Positions 38,985-49,555 of a DNA stretch of 64,000 bases are shown here, piece after piece. The stretch is from NCBI GenBank assembly GCA_963702435.1, contig CAVPCR010000001.1, forward strand, positions 1,376,001 through 1,440,000. Direction: 5' to 3'. Within the stretch, counting starts at the first letter, position 1. Every line of letters begins with the position of its first letter. The stretch comes from Candidatus Eiseniibacteriota bacterium. Its GTDB lineage: Bacteria; Eisenbacteria; RBG-16-71-46; CAVPCR01. The notes beneath the pieces were generated by a model, which saw nothing but the letters and a program-made list of their open reading frames with translations, did no database searches and was not told the origin of the DNA. The position numbers and the translations under genes were made by a program.

Positions 38985-39770
38985 TCATGCCCTCATGGCC
39001 CGGACCAGAGGACCGCCCGCGCACGCGGTCCGCATGAGGCCCAGGAACTCGCGCACCGCCGCGTCGACGCCGACGAGCACGGACCGGGCCACCAGGGCGT
39101 GGCCGATCTCGAACCCGTGCACTGCGCCCAGCGCGAACAGCGCTTCGCCATTCCGATAGTCGAGGCCCTCGGCCACCCGCACGCGGAGGCCGAGCTTCTG
39201 CGCGTACTCGGCTGCGTTCTGGATCATCTCCCGTTCGCGGGCCTCGTCGGGCATTCCGTACTGCGCGGCGTAAGCGCCCGCGTGCAGGCTCACCGCCTGT
39301 ACCCCGAGCCCGGCCGCCGCCTTGACCAGATCGAGATCCGGCTGGATCAAGAGGCCGGTGCGGATCCCGGCCTGGCGCAGCGTCTCGACCGCGGCGCGGA
39401 GACCGTCCTCCTTGCCGCCGCCGATCGCGCCGCCGCCGGCAGCCCCGGCTCCACCGCCGCTCACGCCGGCGCCCGCCGCGGCCTCGCCGCCGGGCACCAG
39501 GTTCACCCAGTCGGGCCGCAGCGCCTCGGCGATGACGAGGAGCGCGTCGCGCGGCGCGATGGTCAAGGTGAGCGAGGTCTTCACGGTCTCCTTGAGCACG
39601 CGGACGTCGCGATCCTGCACGTGCCGCCGATCCTCGCGCAGCTGGACCGAGATGCCCGCGGCACCGGCCGCCTCGGCAACCGCCGCGACCTGCACCGGAT
39701 CGGGGTCGAGCGCACGGCCGCCTTCCCGGAGGAGCGCCACGCTGTCCAGATTGACGATCAGCTCAGGCAT
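38985..39770 (-). CDS. pdxJ: Pyridoxine 5'-phosphate synthase (divergent)
   Basis: VNLDSVALLRE...PDPV...LREDRRHVQDRDV...LVP...GLDY...IGHALVARS; several usually conserved His residues are substituted. Confidence 0.8.
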   Translation of the reverse strand: MPELIVNLDSVALLREGGRALDPDPVQVAAVAEAAGAAGISVQLREDRRHVQDRDVRVLKETVKTSLTLTIAPRDALLVIAEALRPDWVNLVPGGEAAAGAGVSGGGAGAAGGGAIGGGKEDGLRAAVETLRQAGIRTGLLIQPDLDLVKAAAGLGVQAVSLHAGAYAAQYGMPDEAREREMIQNAAEYAQKLGLRVRVAEGLDYRNGEALFALGAVHGFEIGHALVARSVLVGVDAAVREFLGLMRTACAGGPLVRAMRA

Positions 39771-39820
39771 GCTCGATCCTCGCCGGCATCTTGATCCCGC
39801 GTGCTCGGCTCATCCCGCCC

Positions 39821-41062
39821 TCACAACGACCCGGCGACCGCGGCCGGCGTGCGCGCCGGCACCAGCTTCGACACCGGCACCAGCTCGATCCCGCGCGCAG
39901 CGAACTCGGGCAGCGCCGCCGAGAGCGCGGCGAGAGTCTGCGGATAGCAGTGCCCGACGGCCACGACCTCCCCTTCCTCGACGGCGACGTCCATCAGTCG
40001 GGCGAGCCGCCGGGCGACGTCGGCCTCTGACATGTCGTCGTCGTCGATGAAGAGCGTGCTCGCGATCGCGCGCACGCCGAGCTGGCGCGCCAGCTCGATC
40101 GCGCGCGACTGCGTGGTCGAGCGGCTGTCCACGAAGAAGAGATCGCGGCGATTCACCTCGTCGAGGACCACGCGCATGAGATCCGCGTCTGTCGTGGCCA
40201 TCGCTCCCATGTAGCTCACGATCCCCTCGACTTCGCCCACCGAGCTCAATGCATGCCGCATGCGCGCCCGGACCTCGGCCGCGGTCAGGTCCACCGTGAT
40301 GGCGTCCGGTCCCGGGTTCACCTGGGGGTAGCCCTTGGGCTCCATCGGCAGCGACAGCATCACCTCGATGCCCCGGGCCCGCGCCGCGTTCGCGATCTCC
40401 TTCGAGCTGCGGAGCCCCGGCAGCACGCCCCAGGCGATCGGCTGCTCGAAGTCGAGCATGGCTTCCGCGGTCGCGTCCCAGTCGGTCCCGATCCCGTTGA
40501 TGATGAGCGCGACGCGCCCGCTGGCCGAGCCCGTCTCGGCCTCGCGCGTGAACACGAGCCGATACCGCTCCCCGTCCTTCGTGCCGAGCTTCATCTCGAG
40601 CTGGGCCCCCGCCGGTCCGTCCTCTTCCCACGCATCGAGCACCTCGACGCCGAGATCGGGAGCGACCCCCGCCACCGCCATGTTCACCCGGACCAGGGAA
40701 ACCCTGGCCGGCACCGGGACATCCCAGCGCTCCACCCGCCCGCGGCCCGTGATCACCTCGGCCGACTCCTGGCGCTGGATCCCGGCCATCGAGATACCGA
40801 GCGGCTTGAGCGCCCCGGCGAGCCCCGCGACCGCCGGCGACTCCTCGGCCTCGGGGTCGCTACTCACGATCCGCCCGAGCACGTTCGTGGCGCCGCTGCC
40901 CTTCCGGGCGGCGATGTCCTTCCAGGCCCCGTCGTGAATGATGCCAACGAGCTTGATGCCCAGGAGGAGGACGAGCGCCGCGACGCCGATGAGTGCCGCG
41001 GTCTGGGCAGGCGAGGGCCGCATGCGAGGATGCGTCCTGGCTCGACCCTTGGCGTTTGCCAC
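39821..41062 (-). CDS. Divergent polysaccharide deacetylase family protein (YibQ-like), membrane anchored
   Basis: N-terminal TM; LPMEPKGYP..NPG; FFVDSRST; FIDD; VGHCYPQTL. GTG start 41062 is estimated; promoter TTGACG-N18-TAGCCT at 41145-41116. Confidence 0.85.
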   Translation of the reverse strand: MANAKGRARTHPRMRPSPAQTAALIGVAALVLLLGIKLVGIIHDGAWKDIAARKGSGATNVLGRIVSSDPEAEESPAVAGLAGALKPLGISMAGIQRQESAEVITGRGRVERWDVPVPARVSLVRVNMAVAGVAPDLGVEVLDAWEEDGPAGAQLEMKLGTKDGERYRLVFTREAETGSASGRVALIINGIGTDWDATAEAMLDFEQPIAWGVLPGLRSSKEIANAARARGIEVMLSLPMEPKGYPQVNPGPDAITVDLTAAEVRARMRHALSSVGEVEGIVSYMGAMATTDADLMRVVLDEVNRRDLFFVDSRSTTQSRAIELARQLGVRAIASTLFIDDDDMSEADVARRLARLMDVAVEEGEVVAVGHCYPQTLAALSAALPEFAARGIELVPVSKLVPARTPAAVAGSL

Positions 41063-41233
41063 GGACTTCCTTCCAGGAACGGCCGGACTCCGGCCGCAAC
41101 AATCGCGAAGGGAAGAGGCTAGCGGCCTCCGCCCGCTTCCGTCAAGGCCGGACCGGCTCGCCCCGGCCGTTCGGGGGGGGTACCCCCCGGAGCTTCCCGG
41201 GGCGCCGGTGGCGGCCCGCCCCGGCCTCAAGCA

Positions 41234-43510
41234 CTAGCGGGCATAGGCGAAGGTCAGGGTCTCCGCTCCGACCACGGCGCCCCCGCCGGGCACGCGGGCC
41301 TCGAAACGCAACAGGTAGACGCCGCTCGGGAGGTCGCCGCCGGCGATCGTGTCGAGCGGGATCCCCCGGGATGCCTCCACGCGCCCCGTGTACTCCCCGA
41401 CCTCCGAACCCGTCGCATTGAAGACCCAGCAGCGGAGGTCGGCGCCGCCGGTGAGCCGGAGCCGGAGCTCACCCGCGCCCAGGGAGCCCAGGACCGGGTT
41501 CGGGGCGATAAAGGCATCGCGGAGCACGAGATCGCGCACGGCGAGCTCGGTCGACCCCTCGAGGCGGGCGACGACCACCTCGTTCTCCGTCACGTCGAGC
41601 TCGACCCCGATGGTCCCGGCATGGCTCGCCGCCGCGGTCCACGGCAGGAGAATCTCGCGGTCGACTCCGCGGCCCCAGTCCGGGAAGGTCGTGTCGGTCC
41701 GGGCCACGACGGCGCCGCCGGCCGAGAGCACGGCGGCGACATCCACCGGCCCGGTCCGCCCCGGCCCGGCGTTCAGGACCCGCGCGCGGGCGACCAGATC
41801 CTCGCCGGCTGCCGCCTCCACGGTCAGATCCCCGCCGGCGTCGAAGACGAGGACCCCCCTGGCCGGCAGCACGAACGGCTCCGGCCCGACCGGAGCCGTC
41901 GTCGCGTACTGCCCGAGGGTCATGACCACGACCTCGGTCGTCCGCCGCATGAGATCGACGCCGTCCACGGCGGCAAGAGCGTCGATCGTGTCGGTCACGC
42001 GATGGTAGTGCGGATTGTGGGCCACGATGTCGGTGTTCTCGATGAAGAGGACCGCGCTCGCGCCCTCGCCCCAGAACGGCGCGTGGTCGGAGTAGTTGAG
42101 CGTGGGCTGCACGACCTTGTCGAGCTCGTCGAGCCCGTTCGCTTGATCGAGCGCCTGCTCGGCGGCGCCGACCATGTCGGCGAGCCACTCGGACGTGTAA
42201 TTGGTGAGCACGTTCATCGAGTCGGCGGCGCGCGCGTTGTAGCCCACCATGTCGAGCACGAGCGCACCGATCACCTGATCGATGCCCGCGAGCGCGGAGT
42301 CGGCGACGAAGGCCTTGCTCCCGAGGAGCACCTGCTCCTCGCCGCCGAAGAGAATGATCTCGATGTCAAAGTCGTAGCGCGCCTGGGCGAGGACCCGCGC
42401 CGCCTCGATCACGCTCGCGGTGCCCGAGGCGTTGTCATCGGCGCCGGGCGCGGGATCGACGGCGGGGTCCCAGTCCGGCGTGCGCCGCGCCGTCGAGTCG
42501 TAGTGGCCGCCGAGCACGTAGCGGCCGCTCCCGGAGCGCTCGCCGCGCCGGCGCGCGATCACGTTGTAGAGGGTGAGCGTGTCCTCGTCCACATGCGCGG
42601 AGAACGGCTGGAGGAAGACCGTGTCTCCCGGCGCCGAGAAGACGGCGCGGAGCGCATCCACGAGGTAGTCGCGCGCGGCGAGGTGCTCCGGCCGGCCCGA
42701 GTAGCGCGTGGCGCCCGGTCCGGTGGAGAGATCGCGCACCGTGTCCTCGATGCGCGCGCCGTCGACGAGACCGGCGAGGGCGAGCGCCCGCGCGCGGGCT
42801 GCCGGATCACCAAGCCGGTTCTGCCGGTACGGATGGGCGCGCTCCGCGGCGGGGAGCGGGGCCAGCGCCCGGGGCGGGAGCGAGCGCGGGAGCGGCATGA
42901 GGTGTGCGCCGCCGAGATGGAGATGGAGGGGCGCGTCGCGCCCCGCGTCGCGCGCGGCGGGCTCTTCACCGGCCGCCGCGGCCAGCGTGGCGACGTCGGT
43001 CGGCCAGAGCGCGAGGACCCGGAGATCATCGGAGGCGGCGCGATAGATGGTGAAAGGATCGAGCAACACCCGGTGGGCGGGGTCGAGCTCGCTCTCGCGC
43101 ACCTGGACGAGATCGGCCGGAGCGGCGGGAGCGGAGAGATGGGCGCTCGCGGTGAGCTGCTCGGTGCCGGGCCAGGCCGCCTCGAAGGCGGCCCCCGCAC
43201 CGGGATCCACCTCGACGAGGGCGTAGCCGCGCCCGCCGAGCCGGATGCGCACTCCGGCGGCCGTGGAAGCAGCCAGGCGCGCAGCCAGGGCGCCCGGTTC
43301 ATCGCGGACCACATAGATCGCCGAGGCCGGCGCGGAGCGGTCGTCAGCGGTCCGGCCGGGGCGCGGGAGGGCGATCACGGCGGCCGCTGCGCCGGCGAGG
43401 GCGAGGAGGGCGGGGAGCGCGACGCCCCTCAGCCGAGACCGACCCGGGCAGCCGCCCGAACCTGGAGAACGATGCGTCAATCGAGTGTCCTTGGGGCCAC
43501 GGCGAATCAA
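41234..43510 (-). CDS. Secreted M28 family metallopeptidase with C-terminal FlgD-like/T9SS-like domain
   Basis: GHYDS, APGADDNASG, GEEQVLLGS, LDMVG, SDHAPF, YHRVTD; C-terminal APNP...FNATG...LPSGVYLL. Start uncertain. Confidence 0.88.
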   Translation of the reverse strand: MIRRGPKDTRLTHRSPGSGGCPGRSRLRGVALPALLALAGAAAAVIALPRPGRTADDRSAPASAIYVVRDEPGALAARLAASTAAGVRIRLGGRGYALVEVDPGAGAAFEAAWPGTEQLTASAHLSAPAAPADLVQVRESELDPAHRVLLDPFTIYRAASDDLRVLALWPTDVATLAAAAGEEPAARDAGRDAPLHLHLGGAHLMPLPRSLPPRALAPLPAAERAHPYRQNRLGDPAARARALALAGLVDGARIEDTVRDLSTGPGATRYSGRPEHLAARDYLVDALRAVFSAPGDTVFLQPFSAHVDEDTLTLYNVIARRRGERSGSGRYVLGGHYDSTARRTPDWDPAVDPAPGADDNASGTASVIEAARVLAQARYDFDIEIILFGGEEQVLLGSKAFVADSALAGIDQVIGALVLDMVGYNARAADSMNVLTNYTSEWLADMVGAAEQALDQANGLDELDKVVQPTLNYSDHAPFWGEGASAVLFIENTDIVAHNPHYHRVTDTIDALAAVDGVDLMRRTTEVVVMTLGQYATTAPVGPEPFVLPARGVLVFDAGGDLTVEAAAGEDLVARARVLNAGPGRTGPVDVAAVLSAGGAVVARTDTTFPDWGRGVDREILLPWTAAASHAGTIGVELDVTENEVVVARLEGSTELAVRDLVLRDAFIAPNPVLGSLGAGELRLRLTGGADLRCWVFNATGSEVGEYTGRVEASRGIPLDTIAGGDLPSGVYLLRFEARVPGGGAVVGAETLTFAYAR

Positions 43511-44032
43511 GGGTCACGACGGGGCCGGCCAGGCCTTGAGGTGAGCGCGGGGCGGCTGGCGACGAGAAGAGGCGCGGAGGATTCGCCCCTGCAAGAAGGA
43601 CCCACGCTAGCACAGGGCCGGGGCGGGCGTCCACGCTCGGCGGACGGGGCGAGCCCCGGAGAGCGGCGCGCGAGCGGGCGCGCCGGCGCCCGCTCGCCGG
43701 CCGACTCCGGGACCCACCGGCGGACACCTGGCCCTCCGCTGCCGCCGGACAGCGGCACCGCTGACCGGCGAACTCCGGCACCCGCAGGCGGCCGGAGGCC
43801 GGCCGTTGTCAGGGCCGGCGCGGCGCTGCTAGGATTCATCCCGACAACGCGGTCCCGCGGCCCGGCGGTACGGATGCGCTCCGCACCGAGCGCCGCGACG
43901 AGCCATGGCCCGGGGCACGCCCCACCCGATGCCCGCAGTCTCGAGCCCACCTCGTGACCTGTCGTCCTTGACCAGAGCACGCGCTCTCGCGCCGGCCTCG
44001 AGTCCCCCGCAGGGACGGCGCTCGCTTGCCGC

Positions 44033-44905
44033 ATGATCGACACCCACTGCCACCTCTCCCATGACCGGTTCCGGGCGGACCGCGACGCGGTGCTCGAACG
44101 CGCGCGCACGGCGGGAGTCACGGCCGCCATCGAGGTCGGCTGGGATCTCGCCTCGAGCCGCGCCGCGCTCGCGCTCGCCCGGCTGCATCCGGGCACGCTC
44201 TATCCGGCAGCAGGGATCCATCCGCATTACGCGGCCGCCGCTCCGGCCGACACGATCGCCGAGCTCCGCGCGCTCGCCGCGGAGGCGTCCCGCGCCGCGG
44301 GGGCGTCCGGCGCCCCGGAGGCGTCCCGCGCCCCGGTGGCACCGCTCGTCGCGATCGGAGAGACCGGCCTCGACTTCTACCGGAACCTCTCGCCGCGCGA
44401 GCGGCAGGAGGAGATCTTCCGCGCACACATCCGCCTCGCGCGCGAGCTCGGGCTGCCCCTCGTCGTTCATTCCCGGGAGGCGACCGCGCGCACGCTCGAG
44501 ATCCTCGCCGCGGAGACGGCCGGTGGCGCGGCCAACGGCGCCGGCGGCGTCCTCCATTGCTTCTCAGGAAACCGCGCCGAGGCGCAAGAAGCGGTGGAGC
44601 GCGGCTTCCTCCTCGGGTTCGGCGGCACCCTCACCTACGGCGACCAGGAGCTCGCGGCGGTGGCGCGCGAGATCCCGGCGACGGCCCTCCTCCTCGAAAC
44701 CGACGCTCCGTACCTGGCCCCTGCGCCCCGCCGCCGCGAACGGAACGAGCCGGCCTGGATGGCGACCGTGCGCGAGCATCTGGCGGAGATCCGCCAGGTG
44801 AGCCCGGAGGAGATCGACCGCGCGACGACCGAGAACGCCCGCCGCCTGTTCCGCCTGCCCCGGCCGGCCGCGGACCCGCCGCCCGCCGCGGGAGAGGTCC
44901 GGTGA
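44033..44905 (+). CDS. tatD: TatD family nuclease
   Basis: MIDTHCHL, GIHPH, IGETGLDF, VHSREA, LHCFSG, LETDAPYLAP, NEP. Confidence 0.95.
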   Translation: MIDTHCHLSHDRFRADRDAVLERARTAGVTAAIEVGWDLASSRAALALARLHPGTLYPAAGIHPHYAAAAPADTIAELRALAAEASRAAGASGAPEASRAPVAPLVAIGETGLDFYRNLSPRERQEEIFRAHIRLARELGLPLVVHSREATARTLEILAAETAGGAANGAGGVLHCFSGNRAEAQEAVERGFLLGFGGTLTYGDQELAAVAREIPATALLLETDAPYLAPAPRRRERNEPAWMATVREHLAEIRQVSPEEIDRATTENARRLFRLPRPAADPPPAAGEVR

Positions 44906-45813
44906 GCGCGCCCGCCGCCGTGCACGGCGACGCGGCCGTCGCGGCGAGCGCCCTCCGCGCCCGCTATCGCGCGACCGGGATCCGGCCCGCGAAGCGGCTC
45001 GGGCAGCACTTCCTCGCCGATCTCAACCTGGCGCGGAAGATCGTCGCCGAGCTCGGACCGCCCGATCCCGCGAGCCCGGTCCTCGAGATCGGCCCCGGCC
45101 TCGGCGCGCTCACCTTCCTCCTCGCGGAGGCGGGGCACACTGCCGTCGCGGTCGAGATCGATCCGCGCCTCGCGGACTGGCTCGGCGAGGCGCTCGCTCC
45201 GTGGCCCCGCGTCGCGGTGGCGACCGCCGACATTCGGACGTTCTCGCTCGATCGCGTCGCGGGATCGCGGCTCCGCGTGGTCGGGAACCTGCCCTACTAC
45301 CTGACGTCGGAGATCCTCCTCCAGCTCAAGCGCGAATCGGCGCGGATCGCGAGCGCCGTCGTGATGATGCAGGACGAGGTCGCCGCACGCCTCCTCGCCG
45401 GCCCCGGCTCGCGCGCCTACAGCTCGCTCACCGTGGCGCTCGCCCTCGACTTCGCGATCGAGTCCTGCTTCCGGGTGCCGCGGCAGGCGTTCTGGCCGGC
45501 GCCGGATGTCGACTCCGCGATCGTCCGGCTCACCCCCCTCGCTGCCGCAGCGGGCGGCGCGCTCGCTTCCCCGGCCCGGCGCGCCCTCGTCGAGCGCGTG
45601 GTGCGCGCCGGCTTCGCGCATCGCCGGAAGACCCTTGCGAGCTCGCTCGCCGCCGAGCTCCCGATCGCGCGCCCACGCCTCGAAACCCACCTGCGCGCGC
45701 TCGATCTCGACCCGACCCGCCGCGCCGAGACGCTCGCCCCGGTCGATTTCGTGCGGCTTGCCGCCGCCCTCGCCGTGGAGATCGCGCCGCCGGGCGCCGA
45801 GAACGAGTCATGA
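44902..45813 (+). CDS. rsmA: 16S rRNA m6,2A dimethyltransferase RsmA/KsgA
   Basis: KRLGQHFL, LEIGPGLGALT, GNLPYY, FWPAPDVDSA, RRKTL, RAETL; GTG overlaps the tatD stop. Confidence 0.95.
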   Translation: MSAPAAVHGDAAVAASALRARYRATGIRPAKRLGQHFLADLNLARKIVAELGPPDPASPVLEIGPGLGALTFLLAEAGHTAVAVEIDPRLADWLGEALAPWPRVAVATADIRTFSLDRVAGSRLRVVGNLPYYLTSEILLQLKRESARIASAVVMMQDEVAARLLAGPGSRAYSSLTVALALDFAIESCFRVPRQAFWPAPDVDSAIVRLTPLAAAAGGALASPARRALVERVVRAGFAHRRKTLASSLAAELPIARPRLETHLRALDLDPTRRAETLAPVDFVRLAAALAVEIAPPGAENES

Positions 45814-47804
45814 GGATCCGCCTCCCCCTCCTCCTCGCCTGGCTCGGTGCAGTCGCGCTGGCGGCCGCCGTCGCCCTCGCCCCGCCGGCCGTCCTCGCCG
45901 GCGACGAGGACGGCGCCGCGGGTCTGGATGGGCAGAGCGCGCCCGGCGACAGCGCCGCCGGCGACTCGACCGGGGTCGGAGCGCTTCCCGACACCGCGCA
46001 GGTCAGTCTCGCCCGGCGCTCGGGGCGACGCTTTGCGCCCGCCTACACGAGCAAGTACGACATCAATCGCAACACGGACAGCTGGACGCAGACCCTCAAC
46101 TTCTCGACGTGGTCGGGCGCCATGGACCTGACCAACGCGACGACGATCTCAATCGGCAAGGACAAGACCCTCGATCGGGATCGCCGCAACAACACGAACA
46201 ACCTCACCCTCGGCTATCAGTTCCCGAATGGGATCAAAGCCTCGGGCACGCTCGGCATCATCCGGAACAGCACGGTGGACGCGGGCCGCACCGACACCCA
46301 GCAGAACTCGGAGAACGTGAACGTGGGCGTCCAGTACGCGAGGCCCCTCCCCGGCGGCATCGCCGCCACCTTCCGCGCCGGCGCCGGGACGACGCACGAC
46401 GTGTGGGTCGACCCGGCCACCTCGGACCGGACGAGCCTCGGCCCGCATGCGGACGCCTCGGCCAACTTCACCGCCAAGCGCCTGGCCGACTGGTCGCTCA
46501 ACACGTCGGTGCGCACCTCGCGCCTCCAATCAACCGAGAGCACCACCAACACGACGACCAGCGACCACAATCTCTCCGGCAACATCGCCCTCAACGCGAC
46601 GTTCAACGTGCGGGGATTCGATCCGTGGCGCGTCACCGTGGGCAATCAGCTCCAGCGGACGCAGTATCCGTTCCGGGAGGGCAGCATCGTCTTGCAGGAG
46701 ACCAATGACAACGTGAGCCGCGACGTGACGCTCGCCACCGGCATGACGCCGCGACCCAGGCTCAAGCTGGGCGGATCGATCTCCTACCGCAACAACGACA
46801 TCAATCGCGAGTTCGACACCGAACGCAGCCAGCAATCGATCGACCGCGCGCTCCGGGGCACGCTCGCCTATGCCTTCCGCGACTCGACGCGGGTGGACTT
46901 TCGCGGCGAGACGTCGCGCGCGCGAAGCCTCTATGATGACGTGAACCGCATCTTTCTGAACGGCACCACGTTCAATTCGTCCATGGGCGGCGCGGTGCGC
47001 CGGCCGCTGGGCCGCCGCGCCGCCTTCGATGCCGCCGGGAGCTACGCGCTGCAGAGCTTCCAGTTCGACGACACGGTCCTCAACACGGACGATCGCGACA
47101 TCCTGCGCGGCGACCTGGCGGCCAAGGTCGATTACAGCCCGACCAAGAAGATCGTCACGTTCCTGCGCTTCAGCTTCCAGCACAACCAGACCGTCTTCAT
47201 CGACGCCTCGAAGTCCGGAACCAATCAGACGCAGCAGGTGTATTCCATCCTGCCCTCCTTCGAGTACCGGTTCAATCCGCGGGTCTCCTTCCGCGAGGAG
47301 GCCTCGGCGATCGCCAACGCGACCTACTTCGACTTCAATGAGGACAACAACCGCCTCTCCCGCACCACTGAGCTGCGCTCGACCATCGATGCAATGGTCA
47401 TGCCCCGTCTCACGGTGAACCTGCGGCATAGCCTGCGCTTCCTCCAGGACGGCTCCTACCGGCGGGCTGACGACGGCGTTCGCCGCTTCGGCAAGGCCCG
47501 CGACGACCGCTCGCGCGATATCACGTTCCGGGCCGACTACAGGGTGATCCAGGGCGTGAGCGTCAACTTCCGCCAGAACAAGCGGGTGAGCGACATCACG
47601 ACGTTCCAGCAGCAGGGCACGCAGCTCCGGGAAACCACCGTCTCGAACGACTTCACCGAGATCGAGATGGGCTGTCAGGTGAACCGCACTCTCCGCATGG
47701 GGGCCACGGTCGGAGCGAATGTCCGCCGCTACCAGAGCTGGAACGATCGCGACTCGCACAACAACTACTGGGTAGGCAGCATCAACTTCGGGTACGTGTT
47801 CTAG
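45810..47804 (+). CDS. Uncharacterised large outer-membrane beta-barrel protein
   Basis: ATGA coupling to rsmA; signal peptide; many amphipathic strands, Asn/Thr/Ser-rich; ends INFGYVF (terminal Phe). Confidence 0.75.
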   Translation: MRIRLPLLLAWLGAVALAAAVALAPPAVLAGDEDGAAGLDGQSAPGDSAAGDSTGVGALPDTAQVSLARRSGRRFAPAYTSKYDINRNTDSWTQTLNFSTWSGAMDLTNATTISIGKDKTLDRDRRNNTNNLTLGYQFPNGIKASGTLGIIRNSTVDAGRTDTQQNSENVNVGVQYARPLPGGIAATFRAGAGTTHDVWVDPATSDRTSLGPHADASANFTAKRLADWSLNTSVRTSRLQSTESTTNTTTSDHNLSGNIALNATFNVRGFDPWRVTVGNQLQRTQYPFREGSIVLQETNDNVSRDVTLATGMTPRPRLKLGGSISYRNNDINREFDTERSQQSIDRALRGTLAYAFRDSTRVDFRGETSRARSLYDDVNRIFLNGTTFNSSMGGAVRRPLGRRAAFDAAGSYALQSFQFDDTVLNTDDRDILRGDLAAKVDYSPTKKIVTFLRFSFQHNQTVFIDASKSGTNQTQQVYSILPSFEYRFNPRVSFREEASAIANATYFDFNEDNNRLSRTTELRSTIDAMVMPRLTVNLRHSLRFLQDGSYRRADDGVRRFGKARDDRSRDITFRADYRVIQGVSVNFRQNKRVSDITTFQQQGTQLRETTVSNDFTEIEMGCQVNRTLRMGATVGANVRRYQSWNDRDSHNNYWVGSINFGYVF

Positions 47805-47832
47805 AATCGGACGGACCCGGATGGAGGAAACG

Positions 47833-48432
47833 ATGCGAAGAGGAAACACCAGGCACCTGCCGCTCGCCTGCTGTGCGCTCGGCGCGCTCATCGCCGGCCT
47901 CGTCGCGTGCGATCTCTCGCCGCGGACGCCGGACGACCCCGGCGGCGGCGTCGATACCACGATCGTCAATCTGAGCGATCCCAGCCTCGTCCTCTACCAG
48001 ATCCAGGTCGGGCTCCGCACCGGACGCATCAACTCCTATATGAACGCGTTCATTCGGGACGACACGTTCAGCGAGGACTTCGTCTTCCACCCTGACGAGC
48101 GCGACTCGTTGACCCTCGTCCAGCAGAGCCCAGGCGTGTTCGACAACTGGACCTACGACGTCGAGCAGCAGGTGATGCAGGTCGTCATCAACCAGTACGC
48201 ACCGCGAGACGTGAGCTTCGTGACGGCGGAGTCTACCGTGGTCGTGCCCGGCTCGGTCGTCGTGCTCGACGAGAACTACGACCTGACCGTGGGGACGGAG
48301 CGCTACCAGGGACGGGCCGAGCTGCAGATGGTCCTCATCGGGAACGAGTGGCGCATATTCACGTGGATCGACCGCCGGCAGTCGGGCTCCGAGCTGAGCT
48401 CGTGGAGCCTCTTGAAGGGCGAGAACCGGTAG
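47833..48432 (+). CDS. Uncharacterised lipoprotein (NTF2-like pattern)
   Basis: RBS GGAGG; lipobox LVAC; DFVFHPD...W..DVE...WRIFTWID, shared with the two downstream lipoproteins. Confidence 0.75.
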   Translation: MRRGNTRHLPLACCALGALIAGLVACDLSPRTPDDPGGGVDTTIVNLSDPSLVLYQIQVGLRTGRINSYMNAFIRDDTFSEDFVFHPDERDSLTLVQQSPGVFDNWTYDVEQQVMQVVINQYAPRDVSFVTAESTVVVPGSVVVLDENYDLTVGTERYQGRAELQMVLIGNEWRIFTWIDRRQSGSELSSWSLLKGENR

Positions 48433-48447
48433 CCCCGCAGGACAGGC

Positions 48448-48501
48448 GCCGCCCGCTGGGCATGGGCCGCCCGGTGGGCATGGGCCGCCCGGTGGGCATG
48501 G
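48448..48501. repeat. Intergenic 18 bp tandem repeat x3
   Basis: GCCGCCCGSTGGGCATGG three times, no spacers. Confidence 0.85.
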
Positions 48502-48732
48502 GGGATCCGACCCGCAGCCCGCCGGCGGGGCAGGCGGGGCGGGCGAACCGGGCCGGCGGCGCGGGGTTCTAGGGTTGGCGCGCCGCCATGGCAGCGGCGC
48601 CCGCCGGGGCCGGCCTTGCCTCGTGGCTTGCCCACTTGGTAGACTGAAGTCTGACTCATCTCTCGCCCAAACCCCTGGTCCTTCCCGCTCGAACCCACCA
48701 AGAACGACGGGACGAGAAGAGGAATCCGCTAC

Positions 48733-49386
48733 ATGCTTCACCACCGCAGTGGCTTGCCGCTTTTCTGTGCGGCCGTCTTCGCGGCGCTTGCCCTGAGCGC
48801 CACCGGCTGCATCTTCAGCCCCGAGGATGACGACGACGATCCGCCGGTCCAGCCTCCGCTCAGGGTGTCGAGATCGCAGCCCGACAGCCTTCTGGTTGGA
48901 CTGCAGAGGATCTACAACGCAAAAGAGTACTCGATGATCGAGCGCCTGAGCGCCTACGACTCGCTCTTTCTGCGCAACTCGGATGATCCGCCGCGCCAGG
49001 GTTTCCTCTTCGAGTTCCAGCCTGCGGATGTCCCGGAGACGGGTCCGAGCTGGGGAATCGATCCGGAGCTCGAAGCGCATCGCGGTCTGTTCACGGCGCA
49101 GGACAACGGCGACGTCTACCTGCTCGAGCTCCGGATGACCTACGGGGCCGTCGATTCGCTGGAAGTGGACGCACCGGAAACCGGCTGGGACACCATCTTC
49201 GTCTCGAACGTCTACCTCCGGCTCATGTTCAACCCGAATGACGGGCTCGAGGTGAACGGCGGCCAGGCCGAGTTCACATTCGCGCCCGATCTCTACTCGG
49301 CGCGCACCCGGCCCGCTCCGCCGAACCACAACCCCTACTTCCAGAGCTACTGGATCGCCAAGTGGAAGGACCTCCCGCGGCCGTAG
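48733..49386 (+). CDS. Uncharacterised lipoprotein, paralog 1
   Basis: LALSATGCIFSP lipobox; clear full-length paralog of 49556-50194. Confidence 0.85.
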   Translation: MLHHRSGLPLFCAAVFAALALSATGCIFSPEDDDDDPPVQPPLRVSRSQPDSLLVGLQRIYNAKEYSMIERLSAYDSLFLRNSDDPPRQGFLFEFQPADVPETGPSWGIDPELEAHRGLFTAQDNGDVYLLELRMTYGAVDSLEVDAPETGWDTIFVSNVYLRLMFNPNDGLEVNGGQAEFTFAPDLYSARTRPAPPNHNPYFQSYWIAKWKDLPRP

Positions 49387-49408
49387 CCAGAGCGCGTTGA
49401 TGAACTGC

Positions 49409-49457
49409 CGTGCCCCGGGCCCGCGCCTCCCTCGAGGGGAGCGCGGGCCCGGGGCAC
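49409..49457. repeat. GC-rich hairpin, copy 1 (terminator/stabiliser); 42 bp identical copy at 50221-50262
   Basis: GTGCCCCGGGCCCGCGC-CTCCCTCGAGGGGA-GCGCGGGCCCGGGGCAC inverted repeat. Confidence 0.8.
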
Positions 49458-49555
49458 CTGCCCGCTTCGCTGCGTAGAGGAAAGTCGCCCACATAATCCG
49501 GATCCTCGCCGCTCCGACCCACCCACGAACGGCGGGACGAGAAGAGGAATCCGTC

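Noticed and set aside
43511..44032. ncRNA or small gene in the 520 bp divergent intergenic region
   Set aside because: Only GC-rich hairpin potential and two divergent extended -10-like boxes; no recognisable RNA family or credible ORF.
48448..48501. Possible CRISPR array
   Set aside because: Three contiguous 18 bp units with no spacers, and no cas genes in the window.
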